Below, piece by piece: positions 31,754 to 41,401 of a DNA stretch of 64,000 bases. Positions within the stretch are counted from its first letter, which is position 1, and each line of letters opens with the position of its first letter. Source of the DNA: Candidatus Tepidifontimicrobium thermophilum (lineage in GTDB: Bacteria; Sysuimicrobiota; Sysuimicrobiia; Sysuimicrobiales; Sysuimicrobiaceae); contig JAVKHO010000007.1 of NCBI GenBank assembly GCA_031459915.1, positions 32,001 to 96,000 on the forward strand, written 5' to 3'. The translations under genes and the position numbers were made by a program. Under the pieces are notes generated by a model, which saw only the letters and a list, made by a program, of their open reading frames with translations, had not been told where the DNA came from and did not search any database.

Positions 31754-32170
31754 GTGGTCCGGACGATGCTGTTGGCCCTGTTGGTGATGGGGTGGGTAAC
31801 TGCGGGGGTGACCGCGGGCCCCGCACCGCGGGTGATCCGCGTTTCCCTGACCTCGTTCAAGTTCGAGCCCAGCCTGATCCAGCTCCGACAGGGGGAGCGG
31901 GTGGTGCTGGAGCTGGTGAACGAGGACACCCAGCGCCCCCACAACATCGCCTCGGAGCTGTTCAACCACACGGAGCTGGTGGTGCGGGGTGAGTTCCGGC
32001 AGGGCACCACCGCGGACGGCCGCCGGTTCGTGTTCGTGGATGTGGGCAAGCGGGCGGAGGTGGAGTTCACCGTTCCCCGGGTGGCCGCGGGGCAGGTCGG
32101 CTTCATCTGCAGCGTGGGCCAGCACGCGGCTCAGGGCATGACCGGCGCGTTTGTGGTCCGGCCGCCGTGA
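31754..32170 (+). CDS. secreted cupredoxin (type-1 copper) protein
   Basis: Signal peptide, PHNI His plus C-x4-H-x4-M (CSVGQHAAQGM); GAGGAGG RBS. Confidence 0.85.
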   Translation: MVRTMLLALLVMGWVTAGVTAGPAPRVIRVSLTSFKFEPSLIQLRQGERVVLELVNEDTQRPHNIASELFNHTELVVRGEFRQGTTADGRRFVFVDVGKRAEVEFTVPRVAAGQVGFICSVGQHAAQGMTGAFVVRPP

Positions 32171-32298
32171 GCTTCTGACGGGCGGGACAGGCGGGGGAGT
32201 AAGGGAGGGATCGCGGCGACCGCGGTACTAAGCCCGTGACAGAGGTGTGAACCACCCCTCCAGGATGGAGCTCGAGGCGCTCGACGGGAGGTGCGGAG

Positions 32299-32735
32299 AC
32301 GCAGTGGATCGCGGTCGTTGTCCTCGTGGTGGGCCTCGCGACCGCAGGACACGCTTACTACCATCAGCAGCAGCCCGCAGGAGCCGCGGACCGGCCTGGA
32401 AGGTTCAGGCGCGGACGGCGGCCACCCATGCAGGGTTTGCCGCTGGCGGGGACACCATGGGCTACGTGGAGCAACACCTCGGGCACGCCCTCAACTGTAT
32501 CGAGGGCCCTCAGGGACGCAACTTCAACCGGGCCTGGGGCCACGTGTGCGACGGTCAGGGGCAAGGGATCCTCACGGACCTGCGGAATGACCGAGAGGGC
32601 ATGAGCTGGACGTTGGTGGTGGAAGCCGCGGACGAGCTCGCGGTGAAGGGGATCCGAAGCCGCGACCTCGCCCAGCGGAAGAATGCCGCAAGGGGCGTGG
32701 CGGAGCTGCTGCGCCTCGCCGCGGAAGGCCGGTAG
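32299..32735 (+). pseudogene. frameshifted secreted His/Cys-containing hypothetical protein
   Basis: Signal-peptide-like frame QWIAVVVLVVGLATAGHAYY switches near 32390 to the frame AWKVQARTAATHAGFAA..HLGHALNC..C; ACG where a start is expected after GGAGG. Confidence 0.55.
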
Positions 32736-32982
32736 CCCCCTTCCCGACATACAGCAGACCGGCGGCCGCACCGGCACGGCGTACCTGTGGTGGCTCGGGT
32801 GCAGCTTCACCACGGGCGCGCAGGCCCGCCCGCTGGCCCTCCCCCGGGGGAGTCGTCTGGGCACTCCCGCAGGCTCCACGGGCGCTGAGGGGCCGACTTG
32901 CCGGGGGCCCCGGCCGGAGGTCGGCGGTTTTCTGACTTAGGGACCGAAACGGGCCCGGGTGCGTTGGGGCTTCGGAGATCTT

Positions 32983-33058
<76 letters not shown>

Positions 33059-33143
33059 ACGCGTCCAGGATTGTACCACAAGCCGCGTCCGGTGCGGCGC
33101 GTCCAGGGCGTATCATGGAAGCCGGAAGTGGAGGTGGCTGCAG

Positions 33144-33620
33144 GTGGTGGAACCGGGCGCCCCGGCGCCGGATTTTGAGTTGCTGGACCACCAGGGCCAG
33201 CGGGTGCGGCTGCGGGACTTTCAGGGCCGGCGGGTAGTCCTGTACTTCTACCCCAGGGATGGCACCCCAGGCTGTACCCGGGAGGCGTGCTCCTTCCGGG
33301 ACGTGCACGCCAGACTCCAGCGGGCGGGGGCGGTGGTGCTGGGTGTGAGCCCAGACAGCCCGCAGTCCCACGCGCGGTTCCGCGAGCGCTACCGCCTGCC
33401 CTTCCCGTTGCTGTCGGACCCTGAGGGCAAGGTGGCCCAGGCCTATGGGGCGTGGGAGGAGAAGACCCTGTACGGCCGGAAGCGGTGGGGGGTGGCCCGC
33501 ACCACGTTCCTGATCGGTCCCGACGGAAGGGTGGAGCGCGTGTGGCGGCGCGTGAAGCCGGACGGCCACGGGGACGAGGTCCTGGCTGCCCTCAGGGCGG
33601 GCGCGAGGGGGAAGCCGTGA
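33144..33620 (+). CDS. bcp: peroxiredoxin Bcp
   Basis: YFYPRDGTPGCTREAC, GVSPD, ARTTFLI. Confidence 0.94.
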   Translation: MVEPGAPAPDFELLDHQGQRVRLRDFQGRRVVLYFYPRDGTPGCTREACSFRDVHARLQRAGAVVLGVSPDSPQSHARFRERYRLPFPLLSDPEGKVAQAYGAWEEKTLYGRKRWGVARTTFLIGPDGRVERVWRRVKPDGHGDEVLAALRAGARGKP

Positions 33621-35932
33621 GGCACCGGCGGGGTCACCGGGGGTTCAGGGGGCGGTCGGCCTGGGCCGGCTGGGCGGTCCGCGGGCTTGTGGTTCTGGCC
33701 GCGCTGGCGTCCCTGGGCGCGGTGACTTTGGCAGTCCTGCTGAGCTCCCTGCGTGCCAACCTCCCGGACTTGGTGGCCCTGTACCGACCCCCCAGCCAGG
33801 CCACCCGTATCTACGCGGCCAACGGGGAGCTCGTGGCCAGCCTGTACCGGGAGAACCGGGCGTACGTGAGGCTCGCTGAGATCCCGGCGGTGCTCCAGCA
33901 GGCGGTGATCGCCATCGAGGACGAGCGGTTCTACCAGCACCGGGGGGTGGACGTGCGCGGCATCCTCCGCGCCGCGTGGCGCAACTTCACCCGGCAGTCC
34001 GTGGTGGAGGGCGGGAGCACCATCACGCAGCAGCTGGCCCGCAACCTCTTCCTGACGCCCCGGAGGACCTTGGACCGCAAGTTGCAGGAGATCCTCCTGG
34101 CGGTGGAGATCGAGCGCCGGCTGACCAAGGAGGAGATCCTCGAGCGCTACCTCAACCAGGTCTACTTCGGGAACGGCGCCTACGGTGTGGAGATGGCCTC
34201 CCGCCTGTTCTTCGGAAAGAGCGCGCGGGAACTCACCCTCCCGGAAGCGGCCCTTCTGGCGGGAGTCATCCAGGCTCCCTCGCGGTATTCGCCCTTCGAC
34301 AACTTCCCGGCCGCCAAGCGGCGCCAGGAGGTGGTGCTGGACCGCATGGTGGAGCTGGGGTTCCTGCGCCCGGACCAAGCGGAGGCTGCCAAGAAAGCCC
34401 GCCTGCAGGTCAGCCCGGGTCCGAGGAACCTGGGCTTGGTGGGAGTGCGGGCGCCGTACTTCGTTTCGTACTTGCTCCCGTACCTGGTGGAGCGGTACGG
34501 CGAGGACGCGGTGTACAGTGGCGGGCTGCGGGTGTACACGACCCTCGACCCGCGGCTGCAGGCCATCGCGCAGGAGGTGGTCAGCCGGGGAGTCGAGGAG
34601 GCGCGCCGGGCAGGTCTGCGGGTCACCCAGGGAGCCCTGGTGGCGGTGGAGCCCCGAACCGGTCGGATCCTGGCCATGGTCGGGGGGGTGGACTTCCAGC
34701 GATCTCAGTTCAACCGGGCGTGGCAGGCCCGGCGTCAGCCGGGATCCGCCTTCAAACCCTTCATCTACGTGGCGGCGCTGGAACACGGGGTTTCACCCGA
34801 CCGGGTCGTCCTGGACGCGCCGGTGGAGTACCGCATCGCGGGGTGGGGCTACTGGCGACCCAAGAACTACGACGGCACGTACTGGGGCCCGATCCCACTA
34901 CGGGTGGCCCTGGAGCACTCCCGAAACATCCCCGCGGTCCGGATGCTGGTGGAGCTAGGGCCGCAGGCGGTCATCGACACTGCGCGGCGGATGGGGATCC
35001 GCAGTCCCCTGCAGCCGAACCTGTCGCTGGCGCTGGGCACGTCCGAGGTGACGCCCCTGGAGATGGCCTCGGCCTTCGCCACCCTGGCCGCGGGGGGGGT
35101 GTACGCGGAGCCCGTGGCCATCACCCGCGTCCTGGACTCCAGAGGCCGGGTCCTGGAGGAGGTCCAGCCCCACCGGCGGATGGCTCTGCGGCCGGACGTG
35201 GCGTACTTGATGACCGACCTGCTGCGCGGGGTCATCCTGCGCGGCACCGGGCGGGCCGCGGACGTGGGAAGGCCCGCGGCGGGCAAGACGGGTACCACCG
35301 ACGACTACCGCAACGCCTGGTTCGTGGGGTACACGCCGGAGCTGGCGGTCGCGGTGTGGGTGGGCAACGACGACAACAGCCCCACCCACCGGGTGGTGGG
35401 CGGGTCGGTGCCCGCCCGTCTGTGGGCGCGGTTCGTCAAGCGCGCCCTGGCGGGCCGGCCGCCCGCGGACTTCCCAATGCCTGAAGGGGTCGTGCGCGTG
35501 CCCGTGTGCGTGAAGTACGCGGCGGACGGAAGTTGCCAGCAGCAGGGCTGGAGGGCGGTGCTCCGGGGCAGCGAGCCCGCTCCCTCGCCCCCGCCGGAAG
35601 TGCGTCCCACGAATCCGCCGGAGGACGCGACCCTCCAGCCGCAGTCGGTGGTCCTCCTTCAGCCGCAGGACGGAGCCACGGTGACCTCTCCGTTCGTGGT
35701 GGAAGGGCGCGCGGTCCCCGGAGTTCAGGTGAGGTTGGTGGTGGTGCTGGAGGGCGGGCCGGCTCCCGTGAAGGTGGTAGACACAAAGCTCCCCGTCGCC
35801 CCGGACGGGTCCTTCGGGTATACCGTGGAGTCGGCCCTGCGGTTCTCCGGGGCGCGGTACCGCGTCACGGTAGAGGCCACGGGCCCGAGCGGGGCCGCTT
35901 CCACCGCCACCGTGACGGTGCAGGAGAGGTGA
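33617..35932 (+). CDS. class A penicillin-binding protein (PBP1A family)
   Basis: EDERFY, GGSTITQQL, RKLQE transglycosylase motifs; SAFK, SRN, KTGT transpeptidase motifs. Confidence 0.94.
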   Translation: MRHRRGHRGFRGRSAWAGWAVRGLVVLAALASLGAVTLAVLLSSLRANLPDLVALYRPPSQATRIYAANGELVASLYRENRAYVRLAEIPAVLQQAVIAIEDERFYQHRGVDVRGILRAAWRNFTRQSVVEGGSTITQQLARNLFLTPRRTLDRKLQEILLAVEIERRLTKEEILERYLNQVYFGNGAYGVEMASRLFFGKSARELTLPEAALLAGVIQAPSRYSPFDNFPAAKRRQEVVLDRMVELGFLRPDQAEAAKKARLQVSPGPRNLGLVGVRAPYFVSYLLPYLVERYGEDAVYSGGLRVYTTLDPRLQAIAQEVVSRGVEEARRAGLRVTQGALVAVEPRTGRILAMVGGVDFQRSQFNRAWQARRQPGSAFKPFIYVAALEHGVSPDRVVLDAPVEYRIAGWGYWRPKNYDGTYWGPIPLRVALEHSRNIPAVRMLVELGPQAVIDTARRMGIRSPLQPNLSLALGTSEVTPLEMASAFATLAAGGVYAEPVAITRVLDSRGRVLEEVQPHRRMALRPDVAYLMTDLLRGVILRGTGRAADVGRPAAGKTGTTDDYRNAWFVGYTPELAVAVWVGNDDNSPTHRVVGGSVPARLWARFVKRALAGRPPADFPMPEGVVRVPVCVKYAADGSCQQQGWRAVLRGSEPAPSPPPEVRPTNPPEDATLQPQSVVLLQPQDGATVTSPFVVEGRAVPGVQVRLVVVLEGGPAPVKVVDTKLPVAPDGSFGYTVESALRFSGARYRVTVEATGPSGAASTATVTVQER

Positions 35933-35938
35933 GGGGCC

Positions 35939-36685
35939 ATGGCGGGACACTCTAAGTGGCACAACATCCGGATCAAGAAGGAGAAGATGGACAAGGTCCG
36001 CGGTCGGCTGTTCAGCAAGCTGACCCGCGAGATCATCGTGGCTGCGCGGGAGGGCGGCGGGAACCCCGAGACCAACGTGCGGCTGCGCAGCGCCATCGAC
36101 CGTGCGCGGGACGCGGGGATGCCCAACGAGAACATCCAGCGGGCCATCGCGCGCGGGACCGGTGCGGTGAGCGGTGAGCACTACGAGGAGGTCACCTACG
36201 AGGGCTACGGGCCGGGCGGAGTGGCCATCCTGGTCCGGGCCGCCACCGACAACCGGAACCGCACGGCCGCGGAGGTGCGGGCGGTGTTCAACCGGCACGA
36301 GGGCAGCCTAGCGGAAGCCGGGGCGGTGGCGTGGATGTTCGACCTGAAGGGCGTGATCCAGGTGGAGCGGGCCAAGGTGTCGGAGGACGAGCTCATGCTC
36401 CAGGCCCTGGAGGCGGGCGCGGAGGACGTGCGCACCGAGGGGGACACCTACGAGGTCCTGACAGCCCCGGAAGAGCTGGTCCGGGTGCGGGACGCCCTTG
36501 TGAAGGCCGGGATCCCGGTGGCCAGCGCGGAACTGCAACAGGTACCGAAGACCACCGTGCCGCTGACGGGACCGACCGCGGAGCGGGTCCTGCGCCTGCT
36601 GGAAGCCCTGGAGGACCTCGACGACGTCCAGCAGGTGTACGCCAACTTCGACATCCCCGACGAGATCCTGCAGCGGGTCGGGTAG
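35939..36685 (+). CDS. yebC: YebC/PmpR family protein
   Basis: MAGHSKWHNI, YEGYGPGG, DDVQQVY. Confidence 0.96.
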   Translation: MAGHSKWHNIRIKKEKMDKVRGRLFSKLTREIIVAAREGGGNPETNVRLRSAIDRARDAGMPNENIQRAIARGTGAVSGEHYEEVTYEGYGPGGVAILVRAATDNRNRTAAEVRAVFNRHEGSLAEAGAVAWMFDLKGVIQVERAKVSEDELMLQALEAGAEDVRTEGDTYEVLTAPEELVRVRDALVKAGIPVASAELQQVPKTTVPLTGPTAERVLRLLEALEDLDDVQQVYANFDIPDEILQRVG

Positions 36686-36766
36686 GGACGGCCCTTTCCG
36701 GTCCTGGCCCAGGTCCCCGGGGGCCAGAAGGCGTCCGCGCAGGGGTCGTAGAATCCTCGTTCGACG

Positions 36767-37264
36767 ATGGTGGTCGTCGGGCTAGACCCCGGGTTGCGCA
36801 GCACCGGCTACGCGGTGCTGGCGGGGAGCCGCACAGGGCTCGTGGTCCGGGAAGTGGGAGTCCTGCGGGCGAGCGCACCAGACCTTGCAGGTCAACTGCG
36901 CGACCTGTACCGGGAGGCCACCGCCGTGCTGCGAGAGGCCCGGCCCGGGTGGGTCGTTCTCGAGGAGGTGTTCAGCCACCCCCAGCACCCCAGGACCGCG
37001 ATCCTCATGGGGCACGTGCGGGGGGTCCTGTACCTGGCGGCCGCAGAATTTGGAGCGCCGGTACGCGCCCTGACGCCCGCGGAGGTCAAGCAGGCCGTCT
37101 GTGGCAACGGCCGCGCCACCAAGGCCCAGGTGCGGGCTGCCCTGCGGGCCTGCCTGGGGCTGCAGGGCGAGCTGGACGCGCACGCCGCGGACGCCCTCGC
37201 CCTGGCCGCTACGGTGCTGGTACGGTCAGGCTTCCCGCTGAGAGCGCCGGTGGTGGCGAGGTGA
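36767..37264 (+). CDS. ruvC: Holliday junction resolvase RuvC
   Basis: GLDPG, VLEEVF, VKQAVCGNGRATK, ADALA. Confidence 0.94.
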   Translation: MVVVGLDPGLRSTGYAVLAGSRTGLVVREVGVLRASAPDLAGQLRDLYREATAVLREARPGWVVLEEVFSHPQHPRTAILMGHVRGVLYLAAAEFGAPVRALTPAEVKQAVCGNGRATKAQVRAALRACLGLQGELDAHAADALALAATVLVRSGFPLRAPVVAR

Positions 37265-37896
37265 TCGCCTACCTGAAGGGCCGCGTGGTGCAGAGGGGAG
37301 AGGGCACCCTTGTGGTGGAGTGTGGTGGCGTGGGCTACGAGGTCGCCCTGCCGGCGTACCTCGCGGACCAGTGGAACCCACAGGAGGGCGACACCGTGGA
37401 ACTGCACGTTTCGTACCAGGTGAGCGCCAACCACCCCAAGCCCCTGCTGGTGGGGTTCCTGCGCCGGGTCGAACAGGAGTTCTTCGAGCGGTTCATCACC
37501 GTAGACGGGATGGGGCCCACGCGGGCGGTCCGCGCCATGACCCGCCCGGTGTACGAGATCGCGGATGCCATCGAGCGCCGGGACGTGAACTTCCTCAAAC
37601 GCCTCCCGGGTCTGGGCGAACGGACCGCGCAGAAGGTGGTGGCGGCCCTCCACGGCAAAGTGGCCAAGTACGCCCTGCTGCGGGAGGGCCCGGCCCCGAC
37701 GCCCGCTCCGGCGGGCGACTTCCGGGAGGAGGTCCTGGAGGTCCTGACGCGGCAGCTGGGCCACCGGCCCGCGGAGGCGCGCCGGATGGTGGAGGAGGCG
37801 CTGCGCCGCAACCCCCAGGTGGCCAGTGCGGAGGAGCTGTTCCAGGAGGTGTACCGGGCCCAGCGCCGCAGCTCGGGCGGTGAGGAGGAGCCATGA
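37261..37896 (+). CDS. ruvA: Holliday junction branch migration protein RuvA
   Basis: MIAYLKG, GVGYEV, HhH motifs VDGMGP and LPGLGERTA. Confidence 0.92.
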   Translation: MIAYLKGRVVQRGEGTLVVECGGVGYEVALPAYLADQWNPQEGDTVELHVSYQVSANHPKPLLVGFLRRVEQEFFERFITVDGMGPTRAVRAMTRPVYEIADAIERRDVNFLKRLPGLGERTAQKVVAALHGKVAKYALLREGPAPTPAPAGDFREEVLEVLTRQLGHRPAEARRMVEEALRRNPQVASAEELFQEVYRAQRRSSGGEEEP

Positions 37897-38921
37897 GCCG
37901 GGAGCGGTTTTCCAGCACCCAGATCCCCCCGGAGGAGGCGGGATTTTTGCGCCACCTCCGTCCCCGAACCCTGGAGGAGTGCATCGGGCAGGGCAAGGTC
38001 CGCGAGGGGCTGCGCATCGCGATCCAGGCGGCGCGGGCCCGGGGAGAGCCTTTGGACCACATCCTCCTGCACGGGCCGCCCGGACTGGGGAAGACCACCC
38101 TGGCCAACGTGGTGGCCGCGGAGATGGGCGCGAACCTGGTGCAGACCTCGGGGCCCGCCCTGGAGCGGGGGGGTGACCTCATGGGCATCCTGACCAACCT
38201 CGAGTACGGGGACGTGCTGTTCGTGGACGAGATCCACCGCCTGCCGCGGTCCGTGGAGGAGTTCCTGTATCCGGCCATGGAGGACTTCTGCGTGCACTTC
38301 GTCCTGGACCGCGGCGTGCACGCGCGCACGCTCCGGTACACCCTCAAGCCTTTCACCCTCATCGGGGCCACCACCCGCGCGGGCCTGCTCACCTCGCCGC
38401 TGCGGGAGCGCTTCGGGATCTTCTACCACCTGGACTTCTACTCCGAGGACGAGCTCACGCAGCTGGTCCACCGGTCCGCGAGGATCCTGGGCGTGCCGAT
38501 CACCGACGGCGGGGCTCGGGAGATCGCCCGGCGATCCAGGGGGACGCCCCGCGTGGCGAACCGGCTGCTGCGGCGGGTGCGGGACTACTCCCAGGTGCGG
38601 TACGACGGACGCGTGACGGAGGAGGTGGCCCGGGAAGCGTTGGAGTTCGAAGGGGTGGACGAAGCCGGGCTGGACGCGTTCGACCGCGAGCTGCTGCGGG
38701 TCATCGCGGAGGTCTACGGCGGAGGGCCTGTGGGCGTGGAGGCGCTGGCGGCCACCCTCCACGAGGAGGTCGACACCCTCGTGGAGGTGGTGGAGCCCTA
38801 CCTCCTCAAGATCGGCTTCCTCACCCGCACGCCCGCGGGCCGCAGGATCACGCCCGCAGCCTACGCGCACCTGGGTCTTCCGCTTCCCCGCGACGCGCGC
38901 TCGCAGGGTACGCTATTCTAG
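37893..38921 (+). CDS. ruvB: Holliday junction helicase RuvB
   Basis: [44 protein letters not shown]. Confidence 0.97.
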   Translation: MSRERFSSTQIPPEEAGFLRHLRPRTLEECIGQGKVREGLRIAIQAARARGEPLDHILLHGPPGLGKTTLANVVAAEMGANLVQTSGPALERGGDLMGILTNLEYGDVLFVDEIHRLPRSVEEFLYPAMEDFCVHFVLDRGVHARTLRYTLKPFTLIGATTRAGLLTSPLRERFGIFYHLDFYSEDELTQLVHRSARILGVPITDGGAREIARRSRGTPRVANRLLRRVRDYSQVRYDGRVTEEVAREALEFEGVDEAGLDAFDRELLRVIAEVYGGGPVGVEALAATLHEEVDTLVEVVEPYLLKIGFLTRTPAGRRITPAAYAHLGLPLPRDARSQGTLF

Positions 38922-38957
38922 GCCGAGCGGCTGCACAGTCCGGAAGGGAGGGAGACC

Positions 38958-39176
38958 ATGACCGAGCTGGGTCGGCTGCTGGTCGTGTTCGGCGTGGTCC
39001 TGGTTCTGGTCGGCTTGTTTTTCCTGCTGGTCCCCCGCGTGACCCTGCCACGCCTGCCCGGGGACATCCTGATCCAGCGGGACGGGTTCACCTTCTACTT
39101 CCCGGTAGTGACCAGTATCGTGATCAGCGTGGTCCTGACCTTGCTCCTGAACGCCCTGTGGTGGGCGAGGCGGTAA
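38958..39176 (+). CDS. DUF2905-like small membrane protein
   Basis: RLPGDI..FYFPVVTSIVIS; usual position after ruvB. Confidence 0.85.
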   Translation: MTELGRLLVVFGVVLVLVGLFFLLVPRVTLPRLPGDILIQRDGFTFYFPVVTSIVISVVLTLLLNALWWARR

Positions 39177-40303
39177 GGCTGTTCCTGGCCGGGCTAGCCG
39201 CGGCGGCGGTCCTGGGGACTCCTGCGGGGCCGGTGGCCGCCCAGCGGGTCCAGCTGGTGCGGGTGGGCCTGCTGGTGGGCCGCCCGGAGGTGGTGCTGAG
39301 CGCGGATGCGCCCCTGCGGGTCCTGGACGTCCAGAGTGACCGGCAGGACCAGCTGTCCCTGGGCGCGTGGGCGTTCCGCGCGGCGCCGGGGGGGATCGAG
39401 GTGCCCGGGGTGGCCCGTTACGGGCCTGTGGTGCGGGTCTCCGCGGAAGGCGACCGGCCCGTGCGGGTGGAGGACAAGCTGCGGGCTTACCGGGGTGTGG
39501 TGGAGCTGCGGCGGGACGCCGTCGGGATGACGGTGGTGAACGAGCTGGACCTGGAGTCGTACCTGTACGGCGTCCTCAAGATGGAGATCAACCCCGCGTG
39601 GCCCGCGGAGGCCGTGAAGGCGCAGGCGGTGGCGGCCAGGACCCTGGCCCTGGCGAGCCTGGGGCGGTTCGCCCGGGAGGGCTACGACGTGCGGGACACC
39701 ACCGACTCCCAGGTGTACGGAGGGGTGACCTTCGAAGACCCGCGGACCACCGCCGCGGTGGACGCCACCCGCAGCCTGGTCCTGGCGTACGGCGGCCAGC
39801 CCATCCTGGCTGTGTATCACGCGGACTCCGGGGGCAGGACGGAATCCAGCGAGAACGTGTGGGGGAGGGCGTACCCGTACCTACGGGGCGTCGAGGACCC
39901 CTACGTCGCGGGTTCGCCGTACGAGCGCTGGACACTGTCGGTGCCGCTTTCGCGCCTGGAGGAGGTCCTGCGGATGGCGGGGCTTCCGGCCCGCGGGCTC
40001 AGCTGGGTGGAGGTGGCGGAGGTCAGCGAGTCGGGACGGGCCCTGCGCGTGCGCTTCGGGGGCGCGGAGGGGACGTGGGAGCTTGCCGGTCACCGGCTGC
40101 GGGCGCTGCTGGGGCCAGACGTCCTCCGCAGTACCCTGTTCACCGTGAGGGTCGAGGGCGGGCTAGCCACCTTCGAAGGCCGTGGGTGGGGCCACGGAGT
40201 GGGGCTGTCGCAGTGGGGCGCGCGAGGGATGGCAATGCGAGGCTGGGACTTCGCCCGCATCCTGCAGTACTACTACACGGGCGTGCAGGTTGCCGCACGG
40301 TGA
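39158..40303 (+). CDS. SpoIID/LytB domain protein
   Basis: LESYLYGV..E, AVKAQAVAART, SQVYGG, GWGHGVGLSQWGA. Confidence 0.92.
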   Translation: MVGEAVRLFLAGLAAAAVLGTPAGPVAAQRVQLVRVGLLVGRPEVVLSADAPLRVLDVQSDRQDQLSLGAWAFRAAPGGIEVPGVARYGPVVRVSAEGDRPVRVEDKLRAYRGVVELRRDAVGMTVVNELDLESYLYGVLKMEINPAWPAEAVKAQAVAARTLALASLGRFAREGYDVRDTTDSQVYGGVTFEDPRTTAAVDATRSLVLAYGGQPILAVYHADSGGRTESSENVWGRAYPYLRGVEDPYVAGSPYERWTLSVPLSRLEEVLRMAGLPARGLSWVEVAEVSESGRALRVRFGGAEGTWELAGHRLRALLGPDVLRSTLFTVRVEGGLATFEGRGWGHGVGLSQWGARGMAMRGWDFARILQYYYTGVQVAAR

Positions 40304-40325
40304 CCGGCTTCGGGGAAACGGGCGT

Positions 40326-40838
40326 CTAAAGTTCCACCCGGACCCAACCCCGGGTGAGCGGCTCCCACTCGTCCAGAGGCCGGCCCATGTAGTCGCGGCC
40401 CTCCACCTTGTAGCCTGCCGCTTCCAGGCGCCGCTTGGCCTCCTGCCAGTACCGGTAGTCCACCTGCCAGGCGCCGCGCCTCAGGGGGTTGGGGTAGGCC
40501 CCCAGCCCTCCCAGGAGCTTGCGGAGGTTCGCCTCCTCTGCAGGGTCTGCCTGGATCTCCACGGCCTGGTTGACGGTCCCCACGGCCACCAGGTTGGGGT
40601 TGGCGGGCGGGCTGATGGGGCTGCCGCCGGGGTTGTGGCTCGCCACGGGCACGGGGACACTGGGAGCCTGGGCGGCTGGCCTAGCCTCCTGCGGCCGCGC
40701 GGCCGCAGGGGCCACTGGCGCCCCGCCTTCCGCCTTCCGGGCCGCCCAACGCGCCTTGGCTTCTTCGATGAGGCGCTTGCGCTCGGCCTCCTTCTGGGGG
40801 TCGTGCGCTACTGTCCTGCGGGGCCGTTCCTCCGCCAC
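40326..40838 (-). CDS. hypothetical protein
   Basis: GTG after GGGAGG, TATAAT on - strand at 40872-40877, plausible composition; start uncertain. Confidence 0.7.
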   Translation of the reverse strand: MAEERPRRTVAHDPQKEAERKRLIEEAKARWAARKAEGGAPVAPAAARPQEARPAAQAPSVPVPVASHNPGGSPISPPANPNLVAVGTVNQAVEIQADPAEEANLRKLLGGLGAYPNPLRRGAWQVDYRYWQEAKRRLEAAGYKVEGRDYMGRPLDEWEPLTRGWVRVEL

Positions 40839-41034
40839 CACGTCCTCCCGCGTACGGTCTGTCCTGAACGCATTATAGGCATGTACCACGCGGACCGCGA
40901 CCACAACGGCCCGTGCTATACTGCAGCCGGCCTCGGGGGTAGGGGTGGCGGCGCCCGGCAACCTTCCAGGAGAACGGCCCCGCGGGGTGGAAGAAGGAGG
41001 GCGAGAGGCCGATGACACAGGTAGGGGAGGCGCG

Positions 41035-41379
41035 ATGATCTTCCTGCAGGCGCAGGGGGCGCAGGGGCAGACCAGCCTCCTGCCCACCCTGATCGTGTGG
41101 GCATTGCTGCTGGTGATGTTCTACGTCCTGCTGATCCGGCCCCAGCAACAGCAGCAGAAGCGGCGGAAGGAGATGCTGAGCAAGCTGCGCAAGGGCGACC
41201 GGGTGGTTACCGTGGGCGGGCTGCACGCCACCATCACGGACGTGCAGGACGACGTCCTGACCCTGGAACTGGCCCCCAACGTCCGCGTGCGGGCGGACCG
41301 CGCCGCCGTGGCGTCCGTGCGGGGCCGGCGGCCGGAGGCGGAGGGCAAGGAACGCGAGGCGAAGGCGAAGTCGGGCTAG
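41035..41379 (+). CDS. yajC: preprotein translocase subunit YajC
   Basis: FYVLLIRPQ, LRKGDRVVTVGGL; TGCTATACT at 40914-40922. Confidence 0.93.
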   Translation: MIFLQAQGAQGQTSLLPTLIVWALLLVMFYVLLIRPQQQQQKRRKEMLSKLRKGDRVVTVGGLHATITDVQDDVLTLELAPNVRVRADRAAVASVRGRRPEAEGKEREAKAKSG

Positions 41380-41401
41380 GCGCTGCTGTGGGGGTGGCGG
41401 G

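Noticed and set aside
32736..32982. Prophage, ICE or IS remnant at the tRNA
   Set aside because: No integrase or transposase ORF and no direct repeat of the tRNA 3' end were found; only the short inverted repeat reported above.
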